DNA of 64,000 nt from an uncultured Acidobacteriota bacterium (GTDB taxonomy: Bacteria; Acidobacteriota; Vicinamibacteria; Fen-336), in NCBI GenBank assembly GCA_963823195.1, contig CAWGKR010000005.1:418042-482041 (forward strand). Direction: 5' to 3'. Shown here in pieces: positions 21,613 to 32,847 of this stretch (positions are counted from its first letter, which is position 1; the number at the start of each line of letters is the position of its first letter). The notes under the pieces are model-generated. The model was not told the origin of the DNA. It saw nothing but the letters and a program-made list of their open reading frames with translations, and did no database searches. The position numbers and the translations under genes are program-made.

Positions 21613-23613
21613 GTGCTGACGAAGGCGGCCCTGCGGCGCGGCCTCCTGGGGGTCTTCCTCGCCGTCATCGCCGCCACGCTCTGGACGCTCCGGCGGCCAC
21701 CGACTGCGGCTCCCGACGCGCGGAGCGGCGCGACGGACCGTGGCCCCAAGAAGGACGAGACGAAGGCGACCGGCGTCATCTATCGCAACTTCAAGGCGGG
21801 AGAGCAGGGCTACGTCGTCGAGGCGGAAACGAGCGTCGGGAAGACGGGGGGCGAAACGGCCTTGAAGGGCGTGAAGATGACGTTCGGCTACATGGCCCAG
21901 GGCAAGAAGGAGACGGGCACCATCACCGCCGACGAGTGTCTCTACGACCCGAGGACCCCGCGAGGAAACTTCCAGGGCCACGTGGTCCTCACGACCTCCG
22001 ACGGTCTCGAGCTCAAGAGCGACACCCTGACCTACCGGGGTGACAAGGGCCTGGCCAAGACCGAGACGGCGACCCAGTTCAAGAGGAAGGACGTCTCGGG
22101 GAGCGCCACCGGCATGACCTATTCGTCCGCCGACGAGAGGGTCGTCCTGGAATCCGACGCCAAGGTCCGGATCGAGGGGGACAAGGAGCCCCCTACCGAG
22201 ATCCAGAGCCGGTCGGCAATACTGGAGCGGGGAGAGGGGACGCTGCGCTTCGAGGACGACGCCGTGATGACCCAGGGAAGCGACGTTCTCAAGGCCGACC
22301 GACTCGTGGTGACCTTCGACGCCGAAACGAAGCAAGTGACGCGCGCCGTGGCAGCGGGAGGCGTGGACCTCCGGACCAACCGGCGCTCCCTTCCGGGCGC
22401 CGCGACCCCGGCCTCGCCACAGGGCCCACGTCGCCTCCTCTGCCGCAAGCTCGACATCGCCTTCCGCCCCGATCGGACCATGGAGCAGGTCATCGCCCAG
22501 AAGGACGTCGACCTGACCCTCCTCCCCGGCCCCAATCAGGTGAAGGAGCGCCGCCGGATTCGAGCCGCGAGCTACCTGATCTTCGACTACGACGAACAGG
22601 GGCGCATGTCGGCGGCGCGCGGGGCCAAGGAGGCCTCGATACTGGCGGAGCCCCTGGGCCCCCGCGGGGATCCGGCGCGCAGCGTCGCCTGCCAGCGCTT
22701 CCAGGCGTCCCTCGATCCCGAGACCGGCCAGGCCACGTCCGCCGACTTCGTCGAGGACGTTCGATTCGCGCGGGGGACACAGAGGGCGCGCGCCGGCACG
22801 GCGCACTACGAGGGCTCGGGGTCGCTGCTGACGCTCCAGGATCGGCCCGAGGTCGAGGACGACAAGGGGAAGCTGGCCGCGAGGCAGATCCGCCTCGCGA
22901 CGAACACCGGGGACGCCGAGGCCGAGGGGGAGGTGAGCCATCTCCTCCGGCCGCAGGGACGCCCGGGTCTCCTCTCGGGAAAGGACACGCCGACCCTCAT
23001 CACGTCGCGTGCGTTTTCGTCGGTTCAGAAGACCGGCGCCGCGACCTATTCGGGCGGCGCCCTCCTCCGCTCCGGCAGCGACGAGGTGCGATCGGGCTCG
23101 ATCGCGATCCAGGAGAGCGCGCCCGGGCAGCGCACCATGAAGGCCCAGGAGTCGGTGGTCTCGCTCCTTCACCCGAAGGCCGACAAGGCCGGCACCAAGC
23201 CGCCGAACGGCGTCGAGGGACGCGGAGACGAGATGACCTACGACGAGGCCCGGAACGTGATCCTGTACACCGGGAACGCGACGATCCGGCAGGGAGACAT
23301 CGTGACCCGCAGCCCGAAGGCTACGATGACCCTGACCTCGGACGGGTCGGGCATCGACACCCTCGTGGCGGGGGAGCCCGTGGAGGTGGAGCAGGGAGAG
23401 CGTCGCGCGACAGGGAGGCTCGGCACCTACTCTCCCTCCACCGAGACGATGGTCCTCGTGGGTGACTACGCGGAGATGCAGGATTCCCAGCACAAGAGCA
23501 AGGGACGCTCCCTGACCTTCCACGTGGGCGACGACCGGATCCTGGTCGACGGCCAGGAGGACGGCCGGACCGAGACCACCCTGCAGAACCAGGTGGAGAC
23601 GCGGAAGCCATGA
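21613..23613 (+). CDS. Fused LptC-like / multi-OstA(LptA)-domain LPS transport protein (666 aa)
   Basis: Single N-terminal TM anchor followed by several beta-jellyroll LptC/OstA-type repeats (e.g. [78 protein letters not shown]). The 3' end overlaps lptB by 4 nt. Confidence 0.7.
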   Translation: MLTKAALRRGLLGVFLAVIAATLWTLRRPPTAAPDARSGATDRGPKKDETKATGVIYRNFKAGEQGYVVEAETSVGKTGGETALKGVKMTFGYMAQGKKETGTITADECLYDPRTPRGNFQGHVVLTTSDGLELKSDTLTYRGDKGLAKTETATQFKRKDVSGSATGMTYSSADERVVLESDAKVRIEGDKEPPTEIQSRSAILERGEGTLRFEDDAVMTQGSDVLKADRLVVTFDAETKQVTRAVAAGGVDLRTNRRSLPGAATPASPQGPRRLLCRKLDIAFRPDRTMEQVIAQKDVDLTLLPGPNQVKERRRIRAASYLIFDYDEQGRMSAARGAKEASILAEPLGPRGDPARSVACQRFQASLDPETGQATSADFVEDVRFARGTQRARAGTAHYEGSGSLLTLQDRPEVEDDKGKLAARQIRLATNTGDAEAEGEVSHLLRPQGRPGLLSGKDTPTLITSRAFSSVQKTGAATYSGGALLRSGSDEVRSGSIAIQESAPGQRTMKAQESVVSLLHPKADKAGTKPPNGVEGRGDEMTYDEARNVILYTGNATIRQGDIVTRSPKATMTLTSDGSGIDTLVAGEPVEVEQGERRATGRLGTYSPSTETMVLVGDYAEMQDSQHKSKGRSLTFHVGDDRILVDGQEDGRTETTLQNQVETRKP

Positions 23614-24359
23614 GCCACCTCGAGGCCCGGGGCCTCGTCAAGACCTACGGCCGCCGGGTCGTGGTGAAGAGGGTGAGCGTCTCGATCGAGGAGGGGGAGG
23701 TCGTGGGGCTCCTGGGACCCAACGGAGCCGGCAAGACGACGACGTTCTACATGGTGGTCGGCCTGGCGCGCCCCGACAGCGGGCAGGTCCTCCTCGGCGA
23801 CGAGGACATCACGGCGCTCCCGATGTACCAGCGGGCGCGGAAGGGCATCGGGTACCTGCCCCAGGAGGCCAGCATCTTCCGCAAGCTCTCGGTGGAGGAC
23901 AACGTCGTAGCCATCCTCGAGACGCGCGGCCTTCGACCGACCGAGCAGAGACAGAGGGCCCGGGAGCTCCTCGAGGAGCTGAAGATCCTGCCCCTCGCGC
24001 GGCAGCCGGCCTACACACTTTCGGGGGGAGAGCGACGGCGCCTCGAGATCTGCCGCGCCCTCGCGACCTCGCCGTCCTTCATCCTCCTCGACGAGCCCTT
24101 CGCGGGCATCGATCCCATCGCGCTCCGGGAGATCCAGGGCATCGTGAGCCACCTCAAGGACCGTGGAATCGGAGTGCTCATCACCGATCACAACGTCCGC
24201 GAGACCTTGAAAATCACCGACCGGGCCTATATTCTCACCGATGGTGAGGTCTTTCGCGCGGGGACGCCGAAGGAGCTCGCCTCCGACCCGGAGGTCCGCA
24301 GGGTCTATCTGGGCGACACGTTCCGACTCGACCACGAGATCGGGGAAGCGTTGCGATGA
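23610..24359 (+). CDS. lptB: LPS export ABC transporter ATP-binding protein
   Basis: Walker [10 protein letters not shown], signature [11 protein letters not shown], Walker B FILLDEP, and the LptB-type tail EVRRVYLG. Confidence 0.9.
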   Translation: MSHLEARGLVKTYGRRVVVKRVSVSIEEGEVVGLLGPNGAGKTTTFYMVVGLARPDSGQVLLGDEDITALPMYQRARKGIGYLPQEASIFRKLSVEDNVVAILETRGLRPTEQRQRARELLEELKILPLARQPAYTLSGGERRRLEICRALATSPSFILLDEPFAGIDPIALREIQGIVSHLKDRGIGVLITDHNVRETLKITDRAYILTDGEVFRAGTPKELASDPEVRRVYLGDTFRLDHEIGEALR

Positions 24360-24395
24360 TCGCGACCCCCCGGCTCCAAGGCTGACCCTTTGGTG

Positions 24396-25817
24396 ATGCA
24401 GCAAAAGCTCGGCCTCTCGGCCCGCCTCTCGCAGAGACTCATCCTCACGCCGTCTCTGCAGCAGGCCATCAAGCTGCTCCCCCTCACGACCCTCGAGCTC
24501 GTCGAGGTCCTCGAGCAGGAAGTGATGGAGAACCCCCTGCTGGAGGAGGTGCCCACCCAGGAAACGATGTCGGTGGACGAGGTGGCGCAGCAGGAGGCGA
24601 GCGAAAAGGCCGAGAAGGACGATCCCCTGAAGGACATCGATGTCGACAAGTTCTTCGAGGAATATGTCGACGACGGGGGATATCGCGGGACCCGGAGCGC
24701 CGAGATCCCCGAGATGCCCCCGATCGAGAACACCCTCACCGAGTCGCAGGACCTGTACGACCACCTCTCCTGGCAGCTCCGCATGTCGGTCTCCGACGAG
24801 CTGATCCTGGAGATCGGTGAGGCGATCATCCACAACCTCGAGGACGACGGGATGCTGCGGGCGTCCCTCGAGGAGATCGCCAACATGGGGCCCTATCCCG
24901 AGGCCGAGGTGGAGAAGGCCCTGGCCGTCGTGCAGGCCCTGGACCCGCCGGGCGTCGCCGCCCGGAGCCTCGTGGAGTGCCTGCGCCTCCAGCTGCGGCA
25001 CCTGGGCCTCGAGGGATCGCCCCCCGACGTCATGGTGAGGGATCACATCAAGCAGCTCCAGAGCCATCAGTACGCCGACATCTCCCGGCAGATGGGCCTC
25101 ACCCCGGAGGAGGTCTCGGAGCATCTCGAGATCATCAAGCACCTGGATCCGAAGCCCGGGCTCAAGTACAGCCCCGACCGGTCGACCTACGTCCTCCCCG
25201 ACGTCTTCGTGGTGAAGGAAGGGGACGAGTACAAGATCATCCTGAACGACGAGAGCCTGCCCAAGCTCCGCATCAGCCCCACGTACAAGCGGATGCTGGA
25301 CGTGAAGGAGCCGGGCTCCGAGGAGACGAGGAGCTACGTCAAGGACAAGCTCAGGAGCGCGCTCTGGCTCCTGAAGAGCGTGGACCAGCGGCAGCGGACG
25401 ATCTACAAGGTCGCGGAGTCCATCGTGAAGCACCAGCGAGGCTTCCTCGACGGCGGCGTCCAGCACCTTCGGCCTCTCGTCCTTCGCGACGTCGCCAACG
25501 ACATCGGGATGCACGAGTCGACGGTCTCCCGCGTCGTCGCCAACAAGTACATGCACACGCCGCGGGGCGTCTACGAGATGCGGTACTTCTTCCACAGCGG
25601 GATCCAGTCCACGATGGGCGAGGCCATCAGCTCGGTGACCATCAAGGACAAGATCCGCCACATGATCGACGAGGAGGACCAGACACGCCCCTTGTCGGAC
25701 TCGAGGATCGCCGAGCTCCTGGGGCAGCGCGGCCTTCCGCTGGCCCGGCGCACCGTGGCCAAGTACAGGGAGGAGCTGCGGATCCCGCCCTCCAACCTGC
25801 GCCGATCGGTGCAGTGA
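24396..25817 (+). CDS. rpoN: RNA polymerase sigma-54 factor
   Basis: N-terminus MQQKLGLS..LILTPSLQQAIKLL, and the RpoN box ARRTVAKYREELRIP near the C-terminus. Confidence 0.9.
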   Translation: MQQKLGLSARLSQRLILTPSLQQAIKLLPLTTLELVEVLEQEVMENPLLEEVPTQETMSVDEVAQQEASEKAEKDDPLKDIDVDKFFEEYVDDGGYRGTRSAEIPEMPPIENTLTESQDLYDHLSWQLRMSVSDELILEIGEAIIHNLEDDGMLRASLEEIANMGPYPEAEVEKALAVVQALDPPGVAARSLVECLRLQLRHLGLEGSPPDVMVRDHIKQLQSHQYADISRQMGLTPEEVSEHLEIIKHLDPKPGLKYSPDRSTYVLPDVFVVKEGDEYKIILNDESLPKLRISPTYKRMLDVKEPGSEETRSYVKDKLRSALWLLKSVDQRQRTIYKVAESIVKHQRGFLDGGVQHLRPLVLRDVANDIGMHESTVSRVVANKYMHTPRGVYEMRYFFHSGIQSTMGEAISSVTIKDKIRHMIDEEDQTRPLSDSRIAELLGQRGLPLARRTVAKYREELRIPPSNLRRSVQ

Positions 25818-25851
25818 TTCCGCGGGGTCCACGCCTTTGGGAGGGACGGCC

Positions 25852-26383
25852 ATGAGGATCGAATACACGGGGCGGCACGCCGCGGTCCCCGACGAGGTCC
25901 GGGAGCTCGCGGAGCGCAAGCTGGGCAAGGTCGCGAAGCTCCTCCCCGGGATCACCGATGTCCACGTCGTCGTCGCGACGGACAAGCACCGTCAGATCGC
26001 CGAGGTGAGCCTCCACTCTCCCCACCTGACCCTCACGGCCGCTCGGGAGAGCGGCGACATCGCCACCGCCCTCGCGACGGCCATCGATACCCTCGCCCGG
26101 CAGGCGCAGCGCCACGTCGGCAAGCTCCGCGCGCGCAAGCGGAACGGCAAGGACCGCGCCGAGGCCGCGGCCACGGCGGGCGGCGGCGGCGCAGGAGCGG
26201 ACGCCGCGCGTCATCCGAAGCCGCCGTTTCGTGGCAAAGCCCATGACGATCGAGGAGGCCGCTCTCGAGATGGGGGCGAGCGACGTCGGCTTCCTCGTCT
26301 TCCGAGACGCGGCCACCGAGCGCTTCAGCGTCCTCTACAAGAGAAAGGACGGGAACCTGGGGCTCATCGAGCCCGGGGCCTGA
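25852..26383 (+). CDS. hpf: Ribosome hibernation promoting factor (long form); one frame break (~26210)
   Basis: N-terminus [27 protein letters not shown]. The C-terminal dimerisation domain [15 protein letters not shown]...[28 protein letters not shown] lies in a second frame. Confidence 0.8.
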
Positions 26384-26393
26384 GACGAGGCCC

Positions 26394-27420
26394 GTGGCCG
26401 CTCCCCGGGACCGCCGCGCGGGCCAGGCGCCCAACGTCGTCACGGTGAGGACGCTCGTGGGCCGCGACGCGCCGGACCTGGGCCTGAAGGTCGTGGCGGG
26501 ACGGGCGGGGCTCGGGCGCGAGGTGCAGCTCTCCCGGGTCCAGAGACCCGGCCTCGCCCTCACGGGCTACACCGACTACATCCGCTACGGCCGCGTCCAG
26601 ATCATCGGCGGGAGCGAGATCGGGTACCTCCGCACGCTGAGTCCAGGCGCAGCGGGGGCAGGTCCTCGGCAAGCTCGTGCGGTGCCGGCTCTCCTGCTTC
26701 GTCGTGACCAAGGGGCTGTCGCCCCCACGGGAGCTGGTCGAGAAGGCCGAGGCCCGGGGGATTCCGGTCCTCGTCACACCTCTCGAATCGACGCCCTTCA
26801 TCAAGCACCTCTCGTCGTTCCTCGACGAGAAGCTCGCCATGCGGGTGCACCTCCACTCGGTCCTGACCGACGTCTTCGGCCTGGGCGTCCTCATCACCGG
26901 CGAGAGCGGCGTTGGGAAGTCGGAGTGCGCCCTGGATCTGGTGGATCGCGGCCATCGGCTGGTCGCCGACGACGTCGTGGAGATCAAGCGGATGTCCGAC
27001 GTCCTCGTGGGCGCGTCCCCCGAGCTCACCCGCTACCACATGGAGCTCCGCGGCCTGGGCGTCCTCAACATCAAGGACCTGTACGGCGTGTCGTCGGTGC
27101 GCATCTCCAAGCGCATCGAGCTGGTCGTGAGCCTGGAGCGATGGGACAGCGAGAAGGAATACGACCGCCTCGGGCTGCAGAACGAGAAGTTCATGGTCCT
27201 GGGCGTCGAGGTGCCCCTCATCCGCATGCCCGTCGGGCCCGGAAGGAACACGGCGCTTCTCGTCGAGGTGGCCTCGCGGAACCAGCTCCTCAAGGAGCGC
27301 GGATACGACGCGGCCCGGCGCTTCTCCGAGCGCGTCGACGCCATCCTCGCCGCCCGCCCGGCGCGCAAGCGTGTGGCGCGGCGATCCGTCGGACGGGCCC
27401 GGAAGGGGAGGGGGAAGTGA
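26394..27420 (+). CDS. hprK: HPr kinase/phosphorylase; one frame break (~26650)
   Basis: The N-terminal domain is in ORF 26394.. and the catalytic domain in ORF 26677..27420. P-loop GESGVGKSE, with ADDVVEI and LRGLGVLNI. Confidence 0.85.
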
Positions 27421-28292
27421 GGGGGCGTCTCTCGCGGGCCCACGTGCTGATGATCACGGGCCTCTCGGGCTCCGGCAAGACCCACGTCGCCCGAGCCCTC
27501 GAGGACGTCGGGTGGTTCTGCGTCGACAACCTCCCGACTCCCCTGATTCCCCGGTTCATCGACCTCTTGCGCCAGTCCCAGGAGCTCCGCCGCGCGGCGC
27601 TCGTCGTCGACATGCGCGAGCGCGACTTCCTGAAGCACTTTCCGAAGGTCTTCACCGACATGAAGGCCAGGGGCTTCGCCGCCTCGCTTCTCTTTCTCGA
27701 GGCCAACGAAAAGGTGCTGGTGCGCCGCTTCAGCGAGACGCGCCGCCCCCATCCCCTGGCGATCAACCAGCCGGCCATCGAGGGCATCCGGGAGGAGCGC
27801 GAGGCCCTCCGGCCCATCCGGAAGATGGCCGACCTCATCCTCGACACGTCCAAGTACACGCCCCACGAGCTCAGGGACTACATCCGCGAGCACTACGATC
27901 TTCGAACCCAGGCGAGCCCCATCGTCGTCTCGGTCACGTCCTTCGGCTACAAATACGGCGTGCCGTCGGAGGCCGACCTCGTCTTCGACGTCCGCTTCCT
28001 CCCGAACCCGAACTTCGTGCCAAGGCTCAAGCGCCTGACGGGGAGCCATCCCGCCGTCGTGCGCTACATGCGGCGGCAGCCCGACACGGCCACGTTCCTC
28101 GCGAGGCTGACGTCGTTCCTGAAGTTCGTGATTCCGCGCTACATCCGCGAGGGGAAGAGCTACCTCGTCATCGGGATCGGCTGCACCGGCGGCCGCCATC
28201 GGTCGGTGATGATCGCCAACGCCCTCGGCCGCGCCTTGAGCGGCCGAGGCTACACCGTGCGCGTCCGCCACCGCGACGTGAGGCTCACATGA
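27417..28292 (+). CDS. rapZ: RNase adapter protein RapZ
   Basis: GTG 27417 overlaps the hprK stop. Blocks ITGLSGSGKT, FCVDNLP, FGYKYG and GCTGGRHRSV. Confidence 0.85.
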   Translation: MRGRLSRAHVLMITGLSGSGKTHVARALEDVGWFCVDNLPTPLIPRFIDLLRQSQELRRAALVVDMRERDFLKHFPKVFTDMKARGFAASLLFLEANEKVLVRRFSETRRPHPLAINQPAIEGIREEREALRPIRKMADLILDTSKYTPHELRDYIREHYDLRTQASPIVVSVTSFGYKYGVPSEADLVFDVRFLPNPNFVPRLKRLTGSHPAVVRYMRRQPDTATFLARLTSFLKFVIPRYIREGKSYLVIGIGCTGGRHRSVMIANALGRALSGRGYTVRVRHRDVRLT

Positions 28293-28687
28293 TCGGAATC
28301 ATCGTCGTGAGCCACGGCCAGGTCGCCGTGGAGCTCGTGAACGCCGCGCGGACCATCGTCGGAGAGATACCCGCCATCGCCGCCGTGTCCATCGGGTGGA
28401 CGGACGACGTGACCGTGGCCCACGACGCGATCGTCAAGGCCATGGCGGAGGTGGGCGGGGGGGACGCGCTGATCCTCACCGACATGTTCGGCGGGACGCC
28501 CACGAACGTGAGCCTGCCGTTCCTCTCGGCGCGGGTGGAGATCGTCACGGGGGTCAACCTGCCGATGCTCATCAAGCTCTCGAGCCTGCGGGACGGGGAC
28601 CTGTTGGAGATCGCGCGGGCCATCCGCGACCAGGGGCGCGGCGCCATATCGGTGGCCACCGAGGTGCTCGGCAGGAGGCCCGTCTGA
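28289..28687 (+). CDS. PTS EIIA component, mannose/fructose family
   Basis: ATG 28289 overlaps the rapZ stop. MIGIIVVSHGQVA (phospho-His in VSHG) and LTDMFGGTP. Confidence 0.8.
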   Translation: MIGIIVVSHGQVAVELVNAARTIVGEIPAIAAVSIGWTDDVTVAHDAIVKAMAEVGGGDALILTDMFGGTPTNVSLPFLSARVEIVTGVNLPMLIKLSSLRDGDLLEIARAIRDQGRGAISVATEVLGRRPV

Positions 28688-28950
28688 CCCGCCAGTCGGT
28701 CCAGATCAAGAACCGCCTCGGGCTGCACGCGCGGGCCGCGGCCCGGTTCGTGCAGGCCGCCACACGCTTCCGGTCCAAGGTGAGCGTGAGCCGCGACGGG
28801 CGCGCCATGGACGGGAAGTCCATCCTCGGCATCCTGCTCCTCGCGGCCGCCCAGGGGACCTGGCTCGAGCTGGCCGCCGACGGAGAAGACGAGGTCGCCG
28901 CCGTGGCGGCCCTGGTGGCCCTCGTGGACGGGGGATTCGGGGAGGCCTGA
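28684..28950 (+). CDS. ptsH: HPr family phosphocarrier protein (start codon unclear)
   Basis: VQIKNRLGLHARAAARF (His15 context) and DGKSILGIL (Ser46 context). There is no ATG/GTG/TTG in frame near the expected start. The stop overlaps the ptsI ATG (TGATG). Confidence 0.75.
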   Translation: MTRQSVQIKNRLGLHARAAARFVQAATRFRSKVSVSRDGRAMDGKSILGILLLAAAQGTWLELAADGEDEVAAVAALVALVDGGFGEA

Positions 28951-30743
28951 TGGAGATCCGCGGCCTCGGCGTCTCGGCCGGCATCGCCATGGGAGAGGCG
29001 CTCCTCATGGAGCGCGAGACCGTGCCGGTGTTCCGGCTCCTCCTTCCTCCCGAAGACGTCGAAGGGGAGGTCCAGCGCCTGAGCCGTGCCGTGGCGGCCT
29101 CGCGCGGCCAGCTCGAGGCGATCAAGGAGCGCCTCTCGCGGGAGGTCGGCGCCCTCCATGCCTATATCTTCGACGCCCAGCTCCTCATGCTCGACGACCC
29201 GCTCCTGCTCGACAGGACCGTGGCGGTGATCCGCGAGGAGCACGTCAACGCCGAGTGGGCTCTCCGGACGGTCTCCGACCAGCTCCACGCCCTCTTCGAC
29301 GAGTTCGGGGACGCGTACCTCCGGGAGCGCTCGACGGACCTCGACGACGTCCTCGGACGGGTCCAGCTCAACCTCGCGGGCGCCGCCGACGCGCCCTCCC
29401 TCTCGCGCCTGCCCGGGAATCGCATCCTCGTGGCCGTCGACCTCACGCCGTCGGAGGCCGCCGCCCTCGACTGGGAGCGCGTGCTGGCGGTGGCCGCGGA
29501 CGGGGGCTCCCGGACCGATCACACCGCGATCCTGGCGCGGTCCCTCGGCATCCCGGCGGTGGTGGGGCTTCAGGACGCGACGCGCCGTGTGCCGGCCGGC
29601 GCGCTGGTCGTCGTGGACGGAGACCGCGGCCTGCTGGTGGTCGAGCCTTCGGTTCGTGCGCTGGCCGGGTATCGGGAGACCCAGGAGCGCGACCGGGTCG
29701 AGCGTCGGCGCTTGCAGGAGACACGGACGCTCTCGGCGGTGACCCTCGACGGTGTCGCCGTGCATCTACTGGCCAACATCGAGTTCCCCGAGGAGGCCGC
29801 CACCGCGCGCGCCTTCGGGGCCGAGGGCATCGGCCTCTTCCGCTCGGAGTACCTCCTGGGCCGATCGCGACAATGGCCGACGGAGGAGCGCCAGATCGAG
29901 ATCTACGAGGGTCTCCTGGACCAGATGGGGAACCAGCCGGTGACGGTTCGGACGTGGGACGTCGGGCGCGAGGACCTGGCACCCGGTGGGCCGAGCAGCC
30001 CGAACCCCGCCCTCGGGGAGAGGGCGCTGCGCCTCCTGTCGCGCGACCCGGCTCCGTTCCGGACGCAGCTCCGGGCCCTCTTGCGCGCGGCCCTCCACGG
30101 ACCCCTTCGCATCATGTTCCCCTTCATCGGCGGGGTCGCGGATCTCCGCGCCGCCCTCGCTCTCCTCGAGGAGGCCCGGGGCGAGCTCCGGCGGGCGGGC
30201 ATTCCGTTCGCGGAGAAGGTCCCCGTCGGCCTGACCCTGGAGCTGCCGAGCGCCGCCTTCACCGCCGACCTCCTCGCCCCCCACGTGGACTTCTTCAGCG
30301 TGGGAACCAACGACCTGATCCAGTACCTCCTGGCCGTGGACCGGGCCGATCCGCGCCTGGCGCTTCTCTACCAGCCCCTCCACCCGGCCGTTCTCCGCGC
30401 CATCAGGGCGATCACTGCGGCGGCCCACGCGGCCCAGGTGCCCCTGGCGCTCTGCGGCGAGATGGCGGCGGACCCGCTCCACGCCCTGCTCCTCCTGGGC
30501 CTCGGCGTTCGGGACCTCTCGATGGGTCCGAGCAGCATTCCCAAGGTAAAGGCCGCGCTCCGGGGCGTCCGGGTCGAGGACTCCCGCCTCGTGGCCGAGG
30601 CGGCGCTGGACCTCGCGACGGCCGCCGACATCGAGGCGATGGCGAGGCAGGCCCTCGCGTCCGCCCTCGCCGCCTCCGACGAGGCCAAGGACGACCCCAT
30701 GGCGGAAGCCGGGGGAGCGGTTGGGCGGGAATCCGTCGACTGA
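28950..30743 (+). CDS. ptsI: Phosphoenolpyruvate--protein phosphotransferase (Enzyme I)
   Basis: Intact 597-aa ORF. Phospho-His region GGSRTDHTAILARSLGIPAV, a PEP-binding TIM barrel with FFSVGTNDLIQY, and CGEMA. Confidence 0.9.
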   Translation: MEIRGLGVSAGIAMGEALLMERETVPVFRLLLPPEDVEGEVQRLSRAVAASRGQLEAIKERLSREVGALHAYIFDAQLLMLDDPLLLDRTVAVIREEHVNAEWALRTVSDQLHALFDEFGDAYLRERSTDLDDVLGRVQLNLAGAADAPSLSRLPGNRILVAVDLTPSEAAALDWERVLAVAADGGSRTDHTAILARSLGIPAVVGLQDATRRVPAGALVVVDGDRGLLVVEPSVRALAGYRETQERDRVERRRLQETRTLSAVTLDGVAVHLLANIEFPEEAATARAFGAEGIGLFRSEYLLGRSRQWPTEERQIEIYEGLLDQMGNQPVTVRTWDVGREDLAPGGPSSPNPALGERALRLLSRDPAPFRTQLRALLRAALHGPLRIMFPFIGGVADLRAALALLEEARGELRRAGIPFAEKVPVGLTLELPSAAFTADLLAPHVDFFSVGTNDLIQYLLAVDRADPRLALLYQPLHPAVLRAIRAITAAAHAAQVPLALCGEMAADPLHALLLLGLGVRDLSMGPSSIPKVKAALRGVRVEDSRLVAEAALDLATAADIEAMARQALASALAASDEAKDDPMAEAGGAVGRESVD

Positions 30744-30761
30744 GGGCCCGTCTCCGCCGGT

Positions 30762-32847
30762 TCAGTACTCGCGGAGGGAGCGAATCGCCTCGAGGACGGT
30801 GGTGACCTGGGGAAGGATCGCGTCTTCCAGGACCGGGTGGTAGCCGACGAACGTGTCGAGCGCCGCGACGCGCTTGACGGGGGCGTCGAGGTACTCGAAC
30901 AGCTCGTCGGCGATCCGCGCCGCGATCTCGGCGCCGTACCCCCACGACCGCGAGTCTTCGTAGGCCACGAGCGCCCGCCCCGTCTTCTTCACGCTGCGGG
31001 CGATGGCGTCCCAGTCGTACGGCGCGAGGCTCCTGAGGTCGAGGACCTCCGTCGAGATTCCGTGGGTCTCGGCCTGGCGGGCCGCGACGAGGGAGCGCTG
31101 GACCAGGGCCCCGAACGTGACGACGGTGACGTCGGTTCCCTCGCGGGGGCAAGCCGCCTTGCCGAACGGGATCATGTATTCGGGGCCCGGGTAGATCCCC
31201 TTGTTGTAGGTCTGGCGGTACAGGTGCTTGTGCTCGAGGAAGATCACGGGGTCGTCGCACCGGATCGCCGTTCGCAAGAGGCCGCTCGCGTCCTGGGCGG
31301 TCGAGGGGATCACGACCCGGAGCCCGGGTATGTGGGTGAAGAGCACCTCGCCGCACTGGCTGTGGTAGACGGCGCCTCCCTGGAGGTAGCCCCCATAGGT
31401 CACGCGGATCACCACCGGGCACTTGAAAGCACCGTTGGATCGCCACCGGAGGAGCGCCAGCTCGTTCCGGATCTGCATGTATGCCGGCCAGATGTAGTCG
31501 ATGAACTGGATCTCGACCACGGGCTTCAGGCCGCGGACCGCCATGCCGATCGCGCGGCCCACGATGCTCGCCTCGGCGAGCGGGGAGTTGAAGACGCGCT
31601 CCGAGCCGAACTTGCGTTGGAGGTTGTGGGTGACCTTGAACACGCCCCCCTTGCCCTTGACGCTCCCCAGGTTCCCCTCCCGGCTGCAGTCGGCGACGTC
31701 CTCGCCGAAGACGACCACGCGGGGATCGCGGGCCATCTCGTCGTTGAGGCAGGCGTTCAGGAGATCGACCATGGTCTTCGGGCCGCCGCCCGGCTGGGGG
31801 TCCGTGGCGAAGGCGGGCGAGCAGGGGTCGACGTCGGGCGAGTAGACGTGGAGCGTGGCGCTCGCAGGATCGGGTATCGGAGCCGCGAGGGCGGCGTCCG
31901 CCGCGGCGTTCACCTCCCGGTCCACGCCCTCACGGAGGGCGGCCAGCTCCTCCGCGGACGCGACGCCCTCGGCCGTCAGGAAGCGGGCGAAGGTCGGAAT
32001 CGGGTCCCGCTTCGCGTCGGCCTCGCGCTCCTGCGCGGGCCGGTAGAGCGTCTCGTCGTCGGACAGCGAATGGGAGTAGGGACGGATCACGCGGGCGTGG
32101 ACGAGGGCCGGGCCTCGGCGCGCCCGGCACCAGGCGACCGCCTCGCGAAGGACGGCGAGGCTGGCCAGCGGGTCGCAGCCGTCCACCTCGCGGACGAGCA
32201 GGTCCGGAAAGAGCCGCACGAGCTTCGAGATGCTGCCGCCCGAGGTCTGGACCTCGACCGGGACGGAGATCGCGTAGCCGTTGTCCTCGACGAGGTACAG
32301 GACGGGCAGGCGACGACTCGGAGGCGACGTTGAGGCTCTCCCAGAACTCTCCCTGGGACGTGGCGCCGTCACCGGTGGAGCAGTAGACGACCTCGTCGCC
32401 GTCGTTGGGAAGGGGGGATCCCGGGAGACCGGCATCGGCGCAGCCGATGGCCTGGGTGAACTGCGTGCCCGTGGGGGACGAACGGCTCACCACGTGGAGC
32501 CGGGGATGGCCCCAGTGGGACGGCATCTGGCGGCCGCCGGAGGCCGGGTCGCCCGCCGCCCCGGTCGCTCCCAGGAGCATGTCCTTCGGGGATAACCCGA
32601 GCTGCAGGAGCAGGGCCCGGTCCCGGTAGTAGGCGTAGAACCAGTCGTGGGCGGGGCGGAGGGCCATGCCCGCCGCGACGAGGACCGCCTCGTGGCCGGC
32701 GCCGCTGATCTGGAAGTAGATCTTGTTCTGGCGCTTGAGCTGGACTTCCTTGTCGTCCAGCCGCCGGGACAGCACCATCGTCCGGTAGATGCCCAGGAGC
32801 GTGCGGCGGTCCAACCCCTGGAGCTTGTCGACGGATTGCGTGGCCAA
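30762..32847 (-). CDS. 2-oxoacid dehydrogenase E1 component, fused alpha/beta subunits; one frame break (~32300)
   Basis: The alpha part has a TPP-binding region [15 protein letters not shown]. The beta part has [12 protein letters not shown] and [11 protein letters not shown]. The protein joins from ORFs 31930..32847 and 30762..32435. Confidence 0.8.
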
